Source: the human T2T-CHM13v2.0 reference genome, Homo sapiens. Taken from it: 64,000 nucleotides of DNA. Below the pieces are notes generated by a model. It saw only the letters and a program-made list of their open reading frames with translations, was not told the DNA's origin and did not search any database. The translations under genes and the position numbers were made by a program. The stretch lies in NCBI RefSeq assembly GCF_009914755.1, contig NC_060932.1; one strand, 5' to 3'. Positions 1 through 12,879 of the stretch are shown one piece after another; the stretch's first letter is position 1; each line of letters starts with the position of its first letter.

Positions 1-99
1 ATAAGAGATAACACTCAGTACTATAGTTTGACTTTTGAACTTTTGTAATTTACTAAGTTAGAGAACACTTAATAAGAGCGGAAAATACGTTTAAGTTGA

Positions 100-354
100 A
101 CATACTGAGATAAAGCTGCATGTGAGAATTCCAGGCTGTGCCACTAGGCGGCGGCATTTGTGCGCCTGCATTGTGCGAATTCCGCCCAAGCTTTACTCTC
201 TGCATGATTTGTCAGTGAAATTCTGAATGTCTAAAGACCTCTCATTCTCCACTTCTGTTGTATTATTAGTTTCTGACCACACGATGGAGTCATTTCTTCA
301 CATTTCCTCACACTGATTTTGTTTATTAAGAAAATCAATCCAGTCAAACACTAG
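100..354 (-). pseudogene. Candidate decayed exon of RGS22/RGSL1-like gene (RGS-domain N-half); 3' boundary uncertain
   Basis: Minus-strand acceptor aaatgtcttttattccag| at 354; LVFDWIDFLNKQNQCEEM*RNDSIVWSETNNTTEV..., then after a frameshift ESKAWAEFAQC; resembles RGS 'F..FL....N.LLFW.EV..Y.....KA..I' pattern. Confidence 0.35.
141..155 (+). promoter_or_regulatory. CTCF-like core motif in a small CpG-retaining patch
   Basis: CCACTAGGCGGCGGC, one mismatch to CCASYAGRKGGCRS; several CpGs within 140-190 in an otherwise CpG-depleted window. Confidence 0.5.
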
Positions 355-744
355 CTGGAATAAAAGACATTTAAATTTTCAGAATATTCCTCTAAAAATT
401 TAGGTTCTCTTTGACAAGGAACATAAAAATTAATTCAGTGAGTATTCAGAACCAGCTTCAGATTATTTAAAATGAAAATTGAGATTCCTGAAAAACATTA
501 ATTAATCCAGGAATATTGATTTTAAAAATTGTTTAGAGACACTGAAAAAGCATAAATATATAACTACTTGAGAAACTTTGTTAAGTCTGAATCAAATTTG
601 GAATTCATTTAAAGCAGGTGATTGACTGTACACAAGTATATTGTCAAGCTGCATTCTATTTTGTGTATGATCCTGCCAAGTTTTAATAAATATTAGTCTT
701 CAACCTTTAATCAATAATGTTTTAGAAGAGAGTAACAATAAATG

Positions 745-860
745 GTATTGGTAGAGCACCTTACAGTTTGCTGCGCTTTCACAGCCTTATTTCGTGTGAC
801 ACTGACAGACCAGTCAATTAAACCCCTATTCCAAGGAAAATGTAAAGAACTGATTCTAGA
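745..860. mobile_element. MIR-like SINE fragment
   Basis: agcaccttacagtttg...gcgctttcaca...ttatttc resembles the MIR core. Confidence 0.4.
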
Positions 861-1040
861 CAAAGAAAAAATTAGTACTATTATCTCCCTTCACCTTACA
901 CATTTATACTGCCTCTGGTACACTCTTGCTCTTTAACAATGTATCTTCAATTTAATATCCAAAATCTGTTACAACGCTTTTAAATTACTGCAACAATAGA
1001 AGCATATGGTTCTTAACCTTTCAGGGTTGGATTGAATGAC

Positions 1041-1193
1041 CTAAAAAGGGCTTCTGAAGTCTTCAACTTAGCATTCGTCTTTCCAGGTCAAATAATCCCT
1101 CCTATTTTTTCTCGCAGGGTGATCAGTCTTTTTGGAATGATCTCTCTCTTAGACCATGATAATTTTCCAGTTCTTTGTTCAGAATCTGGGTAC
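1041..1193 (-). pseudogene. Candidate decayed exon (153 nt, phase 1-1)
   Basis: atttcag|...TTAG|gtcatt; GTQILNKELENYHGLRERSFQKD*SPCEKK*EGLFDLERRMLS*RLQKPFL; three in-frame stops, each one C>T from CGA/CAG. Confidence 0.35.
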
Positions 1194-1299
1194 CTGAAAT
1201 CCCTATCCCAGATGATGTTTTTATACTAAGGCATAGCTGGGAGGAAGCCTCAATGGAAATACTGTCATTCTTAATTTTACAGTCATCTAGTGTGCCTTT

Positions 1300-2425
1300 C
1301 ACTGCTCTCCAGAGAGAGGTCTTATCGAGTGGCTAGGATTCCAAATTCATGGACAATTTTCAGTTTTTATCTCCTAGGGTCTCTTTAATACATACAGCAT
1401 TTCTTTCTTCCTGCAGAAGAAAGAAACACTTTCTTCCTGTGTTCTCCTAGATTTCTTCGTGCATTTCTGGCCACTCTTTCTCAGCTTCTTTTCCCCTGTC
1501 TCTTTCACTTCTTTCTCTGTATTCTGTTAAATACCAGATTTATTTCTCTAGCTCAGACCTATTCTATGAGCTGAGGTCTTATAGATAAAATTGAATTATT
1601 GATGTTTTTCACTTTCCCACCATAATGAATGATATGACCATCCATTCTTTCACTGTTCAAATGAGAAATCTCACACCCGTCTGTTTCCTCTCTCTTCTTT
1701 AATGCCCATATTTAAATTCAATCCTTCAATGTACCCTATCAAATCTATTTCAAATTGTACCCCACTAAATTCATGTCTATTTCCATTGTCAAAAGTTGAT
1801 CCACTCTAAAATTCTCCATTTGGACCGTTATATTAGACTCCTGATTGCTGTTTCGTCTTTCTCTTTTGCCGTCTTTCAATCTATTCTCTGGAATCTCAAA
1901 GTAATCTTTTAAAAATATAAATACAACTAATGCCACTCATTGTGTAATACCTTTCAATGACTTACTGTTAGATGCAGAGTACAATCCTAACTACTAAACT
2001 TGATACAGTTTGGCTGGTATTTTTCGCTCCTCTTTTCTTAAGTAACTCTTTCCTCTTTTCATTATTCCATAGTCACCAACATTTATGCAACTTCTCAGCC
2101 CATGAATATTTTCTTCCTGCATTCACACATCTTAATTTTAATTAGTTCTTAGTTTCCCTGGCTCTTCCTCATCTTTCAAGTTTCAGATTTAGTAACACCT
2201 CCTCAAAAAGGCCTTCCTCACTCCCTATCCCATTATGATCCCCAATAGGCATGATTGTGTATTTTCTTCACGGTGCTTCCTAATTTGTGAACATTTATTT
2301 GCTTGTCTATTTCCCTTGTTAGAATATAAATTCCTTTGAGGGTAGACAAACTTACTTTTACCTACTACATTATTTAAGTCCTACAGAGTAGGTGATTATT
2401 AATATTCACCAAAAGAGTAAATGAA
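1300..2425 (+). mobile_element. Degraded LINE-2 (L2) 3' region
   Basis: Pyrimidine-rich L2-like blocks (ctctagctcagacct..., cctcctcaaaaaggccttcc..., agaatataaattcctttgagggtaga) ending in gagtaaatgaat. Confidence 0.55.
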
Positions 2426-3229
2426 TATATTTTTACATCAACTCATGTTGCAGTTAAATTCTGAAGAAATCATCACAGAAAATGGTAAGTAAAATCATAA
2501 CATTTTGTTGAGAAATATCGGGGGATAGAGTGCTGATGGGGAGGACCATCACGGTAGGGTGCTGCTGAAGGAAACACCAAGTAAGAAGGGTGGATAGAGG
2601 GGCCTAGCAGGAATAACAGTAGCAGTCTCCATGAGCATCTACAATCTCAGATTGAAATACTGATGGAAGTTATTTTGGAAAATAATTTTTGTTTATTAAA
2701 ACCAAAAATTGTTAATGGTAAAAAACAAAAATATTAATGGTGAAAGATCTTATTTCAGATGGTCTGTCCAGTAAAAAAAAATGTGGAGGATAATCTTTTG
2801 AAACAGATAATCTAATAGGCATAGATACAAAAAATAACTGCCATTATAGACATCTCAACTATCTGGATGCCTGATTGACTCAGCAAAAAGCACAGCATTT
2901 AATTACACCTAGAACCTTGACTCAGGATTATAATACACTGGAAGTGGCTACAGAAAATCTAGGCTGTTATTGAAATTGAATCCTCTAGGTGACTTCCCTA
3001 GTTTTTCTCTGTTGTGCATATCACCTTCTAATATACTAGGTATTTTATTTATCTGACTATTGACTGTCCTGCCTTATTGAATGTATGCTCCAAGAAGGCA
3101 GAAACCTTTGTCTATTTTGTTAACTTTAGTATCTCCTTCACCTAGATAGCAGGGGCTCAATAAACTTTTCTTTAATGGACAGAAATAAAAGTGACTACAA
3201 TATTGTGCTGGAAATAATGTGAAAGTGTG

Positions 3230-3720
3230 GGAAAAATACTTCCAAAATGCATATATTCTGAGACTTAGATACTACTTCTGGGCATTCACCCTAGGAAAAT
3301 AAGTGAGCAATACAAATATATAAGGATATTCATTGTGACACTTCTATAATAATAGTGAATAAGACTTAATCCTCAATAATGGCAGATTCATTAAACAAAT
3401 TCTGGAAATTCCATGGAATGCAAACCTAAGCAAACAATGAAAATGGTACAGTGGAGATGTAAAGATATGTTACATATATTGCTCAGGGTAAATTCAGCTC
3501 ATATGACAGAACAGTCTGTGTAATATGTATAATAATATACAATAGAGCATATATTTGTGTGTGTGTATATACACACAGTATTTCATAGACTAAAGCTTGA
3601 AAGGTTATGCACTACAATACTGAAAGTGGTTTTCAAGTGGAATTATGTGTGATTATTTTCCCCTTTTGTGTGTTTTCTAATTTTCCTACAATGAGTATGC
3701 ATTTTTGGATGAAAAACCAA
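3230..3720 (+). mobile_element. Old L1M (L1ME-like) 3' fragment
   Basis: ctacttctgggcattcaccctagg...aaggatattcattgtgaca...ttttcctacaatgagtatgc pattern. Confidence 0.5.
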
Positions 3721-5823
3721 AAGGATATATGGTTTTCTAAGAGAAACTTTACTCCAGAAATTTTATAAATGACTATGCTGACATCCAAAAATGTTAAATG
3801 ACATGCTAAAGGTCATGCAGCATTTTAATTTTCCTTTCAAAGAGCATCAACTCTGAGTAACTGAGAAAAGAAATAAGGGCTTGAAACTCCAAGCTTAATT
3901 CTGATTACCAAGAGAAAACATCATTTAAGCAAAGGGAAGTTTAGGACAATCAGGCTATATGATTTAGAATTTTTTCCAGCTAAGATTAGCACAACAAATG
4001 ACAAAAATAATATTAAAAACAAAGATAGACTCTTAATTGGAAATGGAATTCAGAATGAGTAGAAGGCTCTGAAAATGGAATATTTGACATTACAAATGTT
4101 TCACTAATTAGTAACAGGAAAGCCACCCTAAATACAGCTTGGCTACCTAGTGTGCTCTCCAAAGAACTCTTAGTGTAACTGGGACCTACTAGTGTGGAGG
4201 GTTGAGTCATAATTCAGGACAGGTACATGAAGATAGCCAGGGAGGCCACCAAACTTTAAAAAACTTCAAACAACAACAAGAAGAAACCCTATATTCAACC
4301 AAGAAAAAGGGAAGTATGATGAGTCAGTTTGATTGCTTAGAATATGCATAGTTTCAAAAGGAATTTTGGGTGGGTAAGTGGGAAGGATGATGCAGTTTCT
4401 CCGCTGCTTCCATGTTTCTCCTCAATAATGCTCATCTTTAAATTAGGACGTTGAGGAAACTGAAGGCCCAAATGTTTTTTGGCCTCACTAAACTAGAAAC
4501 TGTTAAATGAAGTTGATTTGAGAAAACTAAACACCAAAATATTTTTGCTGACATTACCAAACTAAAAACTGTTAAATGACAGTGGTAATGGCTGTATTCC
4601 CTGTGCCCAGCTCAATGGCTGTTGGAGAGTAGGTACTCCATAAACATCTGTGAAGGAGAGTAGAAATGTGAAGATTATCAGAAAAAGCAAAATAATTTAA
4701 CCAATTCATCTGCATTTTCCAAAGAATTTAAACTTGGAATGCAAGAAGAAAAACTTGCAAATTAGATTAGATTTTATAAAATTAAGGAGATTTGGAGAGC
4801 ATCAGAAGATTGAAACATAAACGTTTTTATTATCAGGATGCATTGCATGAACAACAGACAGGTGAACCTGACACTAAAACCAGGTAAAAATTCTAGAAGG
4901 CATATAGTTATTTTAGAAACATCGTGGAAGAAAAGTGTGATCATAAGGAGATTACCAACAAGTCCCAAACCCTATTTCATGTTTTGATAGTGTCACTAGG
5001 TTGATAAATTTTATAAATGCCTTTATAATGTTTCTGCATTTCAGCAAGGTCTTTGCCTATCTTAGCAAAGTCTGTCTTTCAGAAATCCCTCTTATTGTCC
5101 AAGAAAAGAAATATGGACTGTATGAAAATGGTATTAGCTTAGTTCATGTTGTTCTCTTAAGGTGACTCCCGCCCAAAAATCATTCAGTTTATTTTTTGTG
5201 GGTTCATATTTGAGTTCTGACTTGATCTTTTAAAAGCCTTTTAGTGTTTGGAAATTGAAGAAGTATTAATCTCTGAGTGTCACTTTCTCGTTTGAAAAAC
5301 AAAAATACCAACAAAACTGCTTAAGGCTGTCATGGGATGAAAGATAAATTATATGAAAATCTTTTGAAACCTGTGTAACACTGCTCAAATACATGAGTAT
5401 AATTATCATAATTTTCAAGATAGCACTGTTTTCAAGATGGTAGCTTCAGAAGGTAAACAGGGTCAAAAAGACAGTTTTTTTTTTGATATGAAGATCTGTA
5501 CATAAGTGTAGACTGAGGTATAGAATTCAGGATAGAGGAAGACTGAAAGTACTGGAAAGAAAGAGGGTCAGGAACAGAGTCTTGGGAGAAAGTCAGTAGT
5601 AGAAACTATTCATTGATTTCTCCAACATCCTTCTTTTTGATATAATTGATGGCATTAGGACTTACATTCTGCGGATTCATATGGTCCTGGAAAAATTATA
5701 CACAAAATTATTTGTATGATTTGAACAACTGTTACTTAAAGGTGAAGACATTTTATTAATCTAAATTGGCATTACTTATTTATATTATTAAACAAATTCC
5801 ATATTATTAAGCAAATTCCAAAC

Positions 5824-6198
5824 TGCTATGTTCTAAAAGCTTGTTTCCACCCCACCCCCCTGCCAAATTCATACGTTGAAATTGTAACTCCTAAAATGAT
5901 ATTAGGAAGGGCATCCTTTGGGAAGTGATTAGGTTATGAGGCTGGAGGCCTATTGAAAGGGGTTAGTGTCCTTATAAAATAGCTCATTATCCCCTCCCAC
6001 CATGCGAGAGGACAGCTGGAAGATGCCGTCTATGAACAAGAAGGCAGGACCTCATAAGACACAGAATCTGCCAGTGGCTTGACTTGGACCTCCCAGGCTC
6101 CAGAACTGTAAGAAATAGAAATAAAATAAAATGTTTATTGTTTATAAGCTACCCAGTTGAGAGTATTTTGCTGTAGCAGCCCAAATGAACTAAGACAC
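5824..6198 (+). mobile_element. MLT1A/B-type MaLR solo LTR
   Basis: tgctatg...aaattcatacgttgaaattgtaactc...ctccagaactgtaagaaata...gcagcccaaatgaactaagaca. Confidence 0.75.
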
Positions 6199-6451
6199 AT
6201 ATCTTAGACTTCCATTTCCATCTTTAAAATGGGAAGAAATTTTTTTCCAACTAAATATTTGCTATGTTTAAAGCAGATGATAATATTAGAAGTCCATTCT
6301 AGAAACTCTGAGTATTTGGATATAAAAGCAGTGTTGCACCATGTCCCATTTTATTTGTATCTTTGATTGTGGCAATTAACAACCTGCTTTGTCATATCCT
6401 ACAAAAAAATAACAGTTGTCAATTGAGATATTTGGTTGTGACTTTATATAG

Positions 6452-6454
<3 letters not shown>

Positions 6455-6485
<31 letters not shown>
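6455..6485. repeat. (TG)n microsatellite
   Basis: Direct reading. Confidence 0.95.
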
Positions 6486-6487
<2 letters not shown>

Positions 6488-8828
6488 TTTTCTTTATTTT
6501 TCTGTCTGAACTTTACATTTAGTATATTCCAGTACAGTGGTGACCTTGACTTATTCCGGATGAGATCAGGGCTAAATTCTACTATTTTGTAAAGTACCCC
6601 ACCAAGTTTTGTAGAAAGCCTTATAAATATCTCCAAACAACATTATTTTGAATAGGAAATGAAGGAGAGCTTTTCCCAGAGGAATATACAGTGTTTTCAT
6701 TTCAGCAACATTGAATTGCCACTGCACATAGCCCCATGGCCTTGAGTAAGTAACTGACTCAATATGATGCTATTTTGAGAACATGACTTTATAATGACTT
6801 CATGCTATGTGTATCATGTTTCCATTCAGAATGGAATAGATTCAGTTTAAATATCTATCCCACAAATGTTTATGATAGCAACTAACTGCAATTGGCTGCA
6901 TTTTTTTCTGGCCATAAAATTTGAGGGTTTAGCCATAGATACAGATTTACCATAAACTAATTTCTTTACTACAATTGATAGAATTGAGGTTTTTTTTTAA
7001 TATTGCATGCAGTTTATTAAAATGTTAAGAGGCTGAGTCTTTAGTAAATCTCCATTTAATGTACTTTTCCAGTGGTATACTATGTTTGTATTATTCAGAA
7101 TGTCCTGGTTCAGCAATAGAGTTTATAGCTAGATGAGATTACAGGCTGATAACACCCAGATAGAGTTTGGACAGTAGGAGATAACTATTTATCACATCAG
7201 GCAAATAAAATGGAAACTGGCTCTCCGCTACTTCCTTTCCCCCCTGACTTTAAAAAAAAATTTTTAGCTGCACAATTTAAAATAGAAAAAGGCTGTCCCA
7301 ATAAAAACACATTTTTGTATTTATTTGATAGTGAATTGAAATACAGCAACTTTTAAGAAAAAAGAAGTCCTGAGTAGTTTCACGCATAAACATTCCTTTT
7401 GGTAAAATGTTATTTATTTTTAATTTGAGAGATAATAGTAACAAATCAGACGTGTTTAAAGCAACAAAATAGTAACAGTAACAACAAAACATTGTAAAAG
7501 AGGCTATGAGTCAATACTAACTAAAGATTAAATTACATATGACATTTGGGAAATGAGGACCAAACAGCTTACTTTTTGTATATATGCAAACTGTATGGGT
7601 CATATCACTTCTAAATTAGGAAAAATGTGTATGCCTATCTCTCATGTGTTTTTACTATTAAGACAGAGGTATTCTGCCACCATAGAAAGATCCATCAAAG
7701 TCTATGCAATCAACCAAACTTAGACTTGAATCCAGTCCTACTTATAATTGTTTGGCTTGGGAAAAGATACTTAATTTTTCTCAAGTCTTGACTTCACGAA
7801 ATTACAGGTTTGTACCTTAGGAAATGTTGACTGATGTTAAAATGATATAATGAATATAAATAACTTAGTACAGTTCCTGTCAAACAAAATACCTCATTAC
7901 TTAGTAAATGTCATAACTGTACTTATAAAGATCACAGATTAAACTAAGCATCAACCTGACAGTGTTAACTTTTATATTGTTAGATTAGATTAGAATTTGT
8001 ATTATTAAATTTCGTATTCATGATCTCCACATCTAAATAAGAGTACACATTATAACATGCTCTAGTCACACGGATTTATGTGTTGACCCTAAACATATCT
8101 CTTCACTTATGCTTTTCTTTCTTTCCTCCCTACTTTTGACCAATATCTTTTGTCTGCCAATAATACTCTTCCCCTGTCTTTGTGTCTGCCTTTCAAAGGC
8201 CTGTGCTCTGCATTTATGAAAACCCCGATGAACCACTATATTTTCCATGAAGCTTTTTAGAAAACACTTCTAAAATAAACCTGTCCCTCTCTGCCATTCC
8301 TACAGTATTTGTCATTTTATTTAACTTCTGAAGCTATTTATGAAATATTCGTCCTATTGGACTGTGAGTTGCTGGCATCAAAATACATTTACTGTACTCT
8401 ATTTTGCATTATCCATAGCTTATAACACAGTCTCATGTATTCAGTACATTTATTAATAAGGGCTTAGCAGCCCTTATTATATTTATATATTCAATACATT
8501 TATTAATAAGGGCTAAGAAGTCAGGAAATATTCTAGGATTAAAGTTTAAACAATGGGAAAAATTGATAAAAGACTGAGGAAGGGCTGGTCAGAAAGATAG
8601 AAGAGAAGCCATAGTATAGTGTGTCCCAGAGAGAAAGAGAACTTCAAGGAGTTGGAGGAGGTCAACACGCTAAATTGACAACCACTCCGATTTTTCTTGA
8701 ACTCATTCTATTGATATCCAAATGGTGGAAAAATGATAAACTGCTATGTTCCTTTAGGTTGATTCCACGGCATTTATTGAGTTGAAGCCTTTAATCCTGT
8801 AAACTACACTCAGGATTCTAGTTCTGAC

Positions 8829-8958
8829 CTTGAAAAGCCCACACCTAGTCACGTAGTTAGGGAGAACCTGCTGTTTGCCAGATAATGGTGGTAAAAAAAG
8901 GTATTCAAGATAGTAATCATTCTTTATTCCTGCCATTATAAAGTGAACGTCCTGATTG
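8829..8958 (-). pseudogene. Candidate exon of RGS22-like gene (130 nt, open)
   Basis: tcctcatcaccctcag|...TTCAAG|gtcaga; NQDVHFIMAGIKNDYYLEYLFLPPLSGKQQVLPNYVTRCGLFK; IKNDYYLEYLFLP resembles IKNKYLNKKYFFGP of RGS22 (from memory). Confidence 0.5.
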
Positions 8959-9159
8959 CTGAGGGTGATGAGGATAACTGATTGAACATTTACAGTGCGT
9001 TAAGTAGCAGGCTAAGTACTTTACATATTTTTTTTATTTTATTCTCACATTTCTATGAGAAGGTGTTCTACAAAAACAAAATGGAGGCATGAAAAAGCGA
9101 AACAATATTGAATTGCTACAATATGCTGGAAAAAGGTAAAATAAGTCCAATTATCTTCT

Positions 9160-9391
9160 GCTTTACATCCCTTCCAATTGTTTAGAACACCTGCCATATC
9201 TTTTAAGTACTGTCTTCTATAGAAGAACAACTATTTCCAGGTTCATCAGCCATTTTTTTTAATGAAAAAGTTTCCAGGCTTTTTGCTTTCTGGATAAATT
9301 TATCGGAATATGGTAATGTGGACAAAAACCTCTTTTAAAACATTTTTGGAGGTAGTTTTCCAAGCACAATAGAATAATCAGCTTTCTTACT
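9160..9391 (-). pseudogene. Candidate decayed exon (linker plus RGS helices 1-4)
   Basis: SKKADYSIVLGKLPPKMF*KRFLSTLPYSDKFIQKAKSLETFSLKKMADEPGN, frameshift, LFFYRRQYLKDMAGVLNNWK; fits 'SL..+..+P....F.R.YL......L..W'. Confidence 0.4.
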
Positions 9392-11317
9392 GTAGCAACT
9401 TCAGTTCTACTGACATTACATTCAGCTTTTTGATAGGTACAGATACTATTGAGAGATTTACAAAAAAAAATCATAAAAACCTCTAGATATTTTCATATGA
9501 AGTGAAATTATGTCATCTTGCCCTTGGATATAAAGTATTTTGAGGTAATTCTTTCTTTAGATCCAGGAGATATAATAAAATGATACTGAAAGTATAGATT
9601 TAGAAGGGAACTTATGTAACATACGGCTCTTAGCATGGTGCGCAGAATGGAAATATTCAATCAATGTCAGCTTCTCTTCCTATTAGCTTTGTGCTCTAGA
9701 GATGAGGAAACTGAGCTCAGCTTTCTCATTTTCAACCATTAACTTCATGCTTTATAACACAATATGTGAACTTACAGTATCTTTGGTTTTCTTAATCTGA
9801 ACATAATTAAAACCCCTTGGCTTTTTGAACTTCTGGTTAATCCTAATGTGAGACTGTCAGACACCAGTATTTTGGTTCTTCCATTCTGTCCCAATCTTGT
9901 TTATTTGACCTCTTTCTATAATGTAAAGTGTCATTTTCCAACAAGATTTCATATGAAAATCCTCTATTACCACACACTTTCTTTAGAGGCTCTGCTCCTT
10001 TCTTACTTATCAGAATTTTCTAATTACCAGGATTTAATTTTGTGCATATCTACAAAAAGCCACCTTCCTTTTTAACAGCACTGTCTAGAGCCATTATTCT
10101 TATATTTGCTCTGAAATGTCTTATATCTACTCTCCTAAAATGTGGAATTTATCACCCTTATCAGTGATTCCTTTCTGGATGATATAAATTCAGAAAAGAA
10201 ACATACTTTTCCCCTGTTGTTTGGTAAATACAAGCAAGTTGCTTTAGTATCATAGAATAGAGTAATTCTTCCTGTGAGAGATGGAATGTACGCAGGACAA
10301 GTCAGGAAATGAACACATTTTTTATAACAATAAAAGTATCCAAAAGCAACCCGAATAGTAGCTCTCCCCTTATTACATCTTGATACTGTCAGCTGAGTGA
10401 TCTGTATTAGGACAATATCACTGTGTCCTCCATCTAGCTGGACAGCCTATAATATACTACCACAAGAATAACACCACACTTTCTCCTTTCATCATCATCC
10501 AAATGTTACTCTGCTTTTTTCCACCTACAGATTCTTGGATATTTTACAAGCATTTATCTTATTGACAAACAGGGCTATTCCACACTTACTTTTAGACTGG
10601 TTTCTTTTTGATGAAGAAAATCCTTCTATTGTCATAAAAATTTATTACTGGGACTGATACATATTTTTCAAATGTGAGGAGGGAAACCATATACCAGCAT
10701 TAAAGCACATCTTTAAATCTGTTTATGGGTAAAATAACAGTATCATGTTTCTTGCAGAAAAACTCCCTCATGGCTTATTTCTCACCCCTTCACCTAAATG
10801 GAATAGCTGTTTATGTTGATGTTCTAACTATTCTGCTGTGGCTGGTCTTCACCTATGGAAGCTTAGACTCAGTGTCATATCTGAAAACTAATAACAGAAA
10901 ATTAGTCAAACTACCTTCCTATCAGAAAATATACATACAGTTATGTAGATGCTTGGTAAAATGTTATTATACTATTTAGGTTCTTATCCTTAATGTTCCA
11001 AAATTCTGTGAGTCCGTGATTCTAGCATGTGAGAGAGACAACATATGTTTCATTTGATGTTGCAGACATTTTATCTAAACAAAAACTATTGACTTCATCA
11101 ATTCAAGTTTTGTTTATTCTAGGACAGTTTTGCCCTTTCAAACCTGTGTTTTCAGGTATTTAAGGAAATGAGGAGTTAGATTTGAAACTATTGCAGTTGT
11201 TCATAGTAGAGGAAGTAGTAGTAGTAGTAGTAATAGTAGTGAATGCATCCAAGGTCAGGTGACGTTTCCTAGAAGATTTTTATGCATTTTCTCCTGTGCT
11301 CCCATCAGGCCTGCAAG

Positions 11318-11820
11318 AATAACCAAACACAAGTCCAACCACTGGCTGCTTGCAGAATCCAATTAACAAGAGTGAGTTATGGTAGAAAGAAAGTGACTTT
11401 ATTTACCAAAACTAGTAATGGGGAAGTGGCCAGATTTACATCTAAAGTAATCACTTCAAAGTTTAGGCTGGAGAGAGGGGCTTTAAAGGGGGAATTTGGA
11501 GTGGAAGGCATGAGGGAAAGGTACTCAGTACAAGGTCTGCATATCTTGTTCTGGTGGCTATTTCTAGCTGTGGTCCTCCGGGAGTGTGGACTGGGATTAT
11601 CTCAACAATAGCTGGGTTGCTGACTAACTGCCTTGAGGTAATCTCTGGAATTTTGCAGCTGGGTCTCCATGCATGGTCTGTTTCAAGGTTATCCCCTGGA
11701 ACTTCTAAGTAAGCTCATAATTAGTACAGGCATACGGTTAAATAAATGTGCATGGTTTAAGGGAGTGTATGGTAAGAAAGAGAGGGATGTGGTGCTTCAA
11801 AGAAAGTACATTTAAAAGCT
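11318..11820 (-). mobile_element. ERV1 (MER4-group) 3' LTR, truncated on its right side
   Basis: Colinear homologue of 17488-17980 (roughly 75-80% identity by eye). Confidence 0.85.
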
Positions 11821-12497
11821 AGAACAAATAGACTTAACAGATATTTACAGAACATTCTACCCAAAAACTGCAGAATATACATTCTATTTATCAGCACATG
11901 AAACTTTCTCCAAGATAGACCATATGACAGGCCACAAAACAATTCTCAATAAATTTAGGAAAATTGAAATCATATCAAGTACTCTTTCAGACCACAGTGG
12001 AATTAATTTGGAAATGAACTACCAAAAGAACCTTCAAAACTATGCAAATACATGGAAATTAAATAACCTGCTCCTGAATGTTAATTGGGTCAACAATGAA
12101 ATCTAGATGGAAATTAAAAAATTCTTTGAACTGAATGATAATAGTGACACAACCTATCAAAACTTCTGGGACACAGCAAGTGTGGTGCTAAGAGCAAATT
12201 TCATAGCCTTAAATACCTGCATCAAAGTCTGAAAGAGCACAAATGGACAATCTAAGCTCACACCTGAAAGAACTAGAGAAAGAAGAATAAACCAAACCCA
12301 AACCCAGTGGAAGAAAAGAAATAACCAAGATCAGAGAAGAACCAAATGAAATTGAAACAATAAAAAATGCAAAAGATAAATGAAACAAAAAGCTTGTTCT
12401 TTGAAATAAATAAATAAAATTGATAGACCATTAACAAGATTAACCAAGAAAAAAGAGAAAGCCAAATAAACTCAATTAGAAACAAAGTAGGAGATTA
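11821..12497 (+). mobile_element. Internal L1 (L1PB/L1MA-like) ORF2 endonuclease-region fragment, no 3' end
   Basis: ORF 11924-12106 GHKTILNKFRKIEIISSTLSDHSGINLE...NTWKLNNLLLN = L1 ORF2p EN. Confidence 0.9.
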
Positions 12498-12788
12498 ATA
12501 GCAGAAATTTGCTGGAGCATTATGGTGTAGGGAACTAAAAGGTTCTGAGAAAGTCTGTCCTCAACCCTATGCAGTGTACAGTGGCAATAAAATCCTTAGC
12601 AACCAAGTTAAACAATGAGCAGAATACCAGTTATATTGTATATGAGAGTCTTATCTGTATTAAGAAGTTAACTAAACTATGTTGTTATGGAGTCCTGAGA
12701 AAAGACATCTATAACAGAAATACGAGTATCTAATGCACGCATAAATATATATATATATATTCTCTCACAATATAACCCATATATATGT

Positions 12789-12803
12789 ACACACACACAC
12801 ACA

Positions 12804-12845
<42 letters not shown>
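12789..12845. repeat. (CA)n microsatellite
   Basis: Direct reading. Confidence 0.95.
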
Positions 12846-12847
<2 letters not shown>

Positions 12848-12879
12848 TGGGATGGAGACTCAATATTTAATGTATTATA

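Noticed and set aside
4836-5140. Plus-strand pseudo-exons (DALHEQQTGEPDTKT; EIPLIVQEKKYGLYEN)
   Set aside because: Weak donors, no recognisable homology, no consistent phase chain
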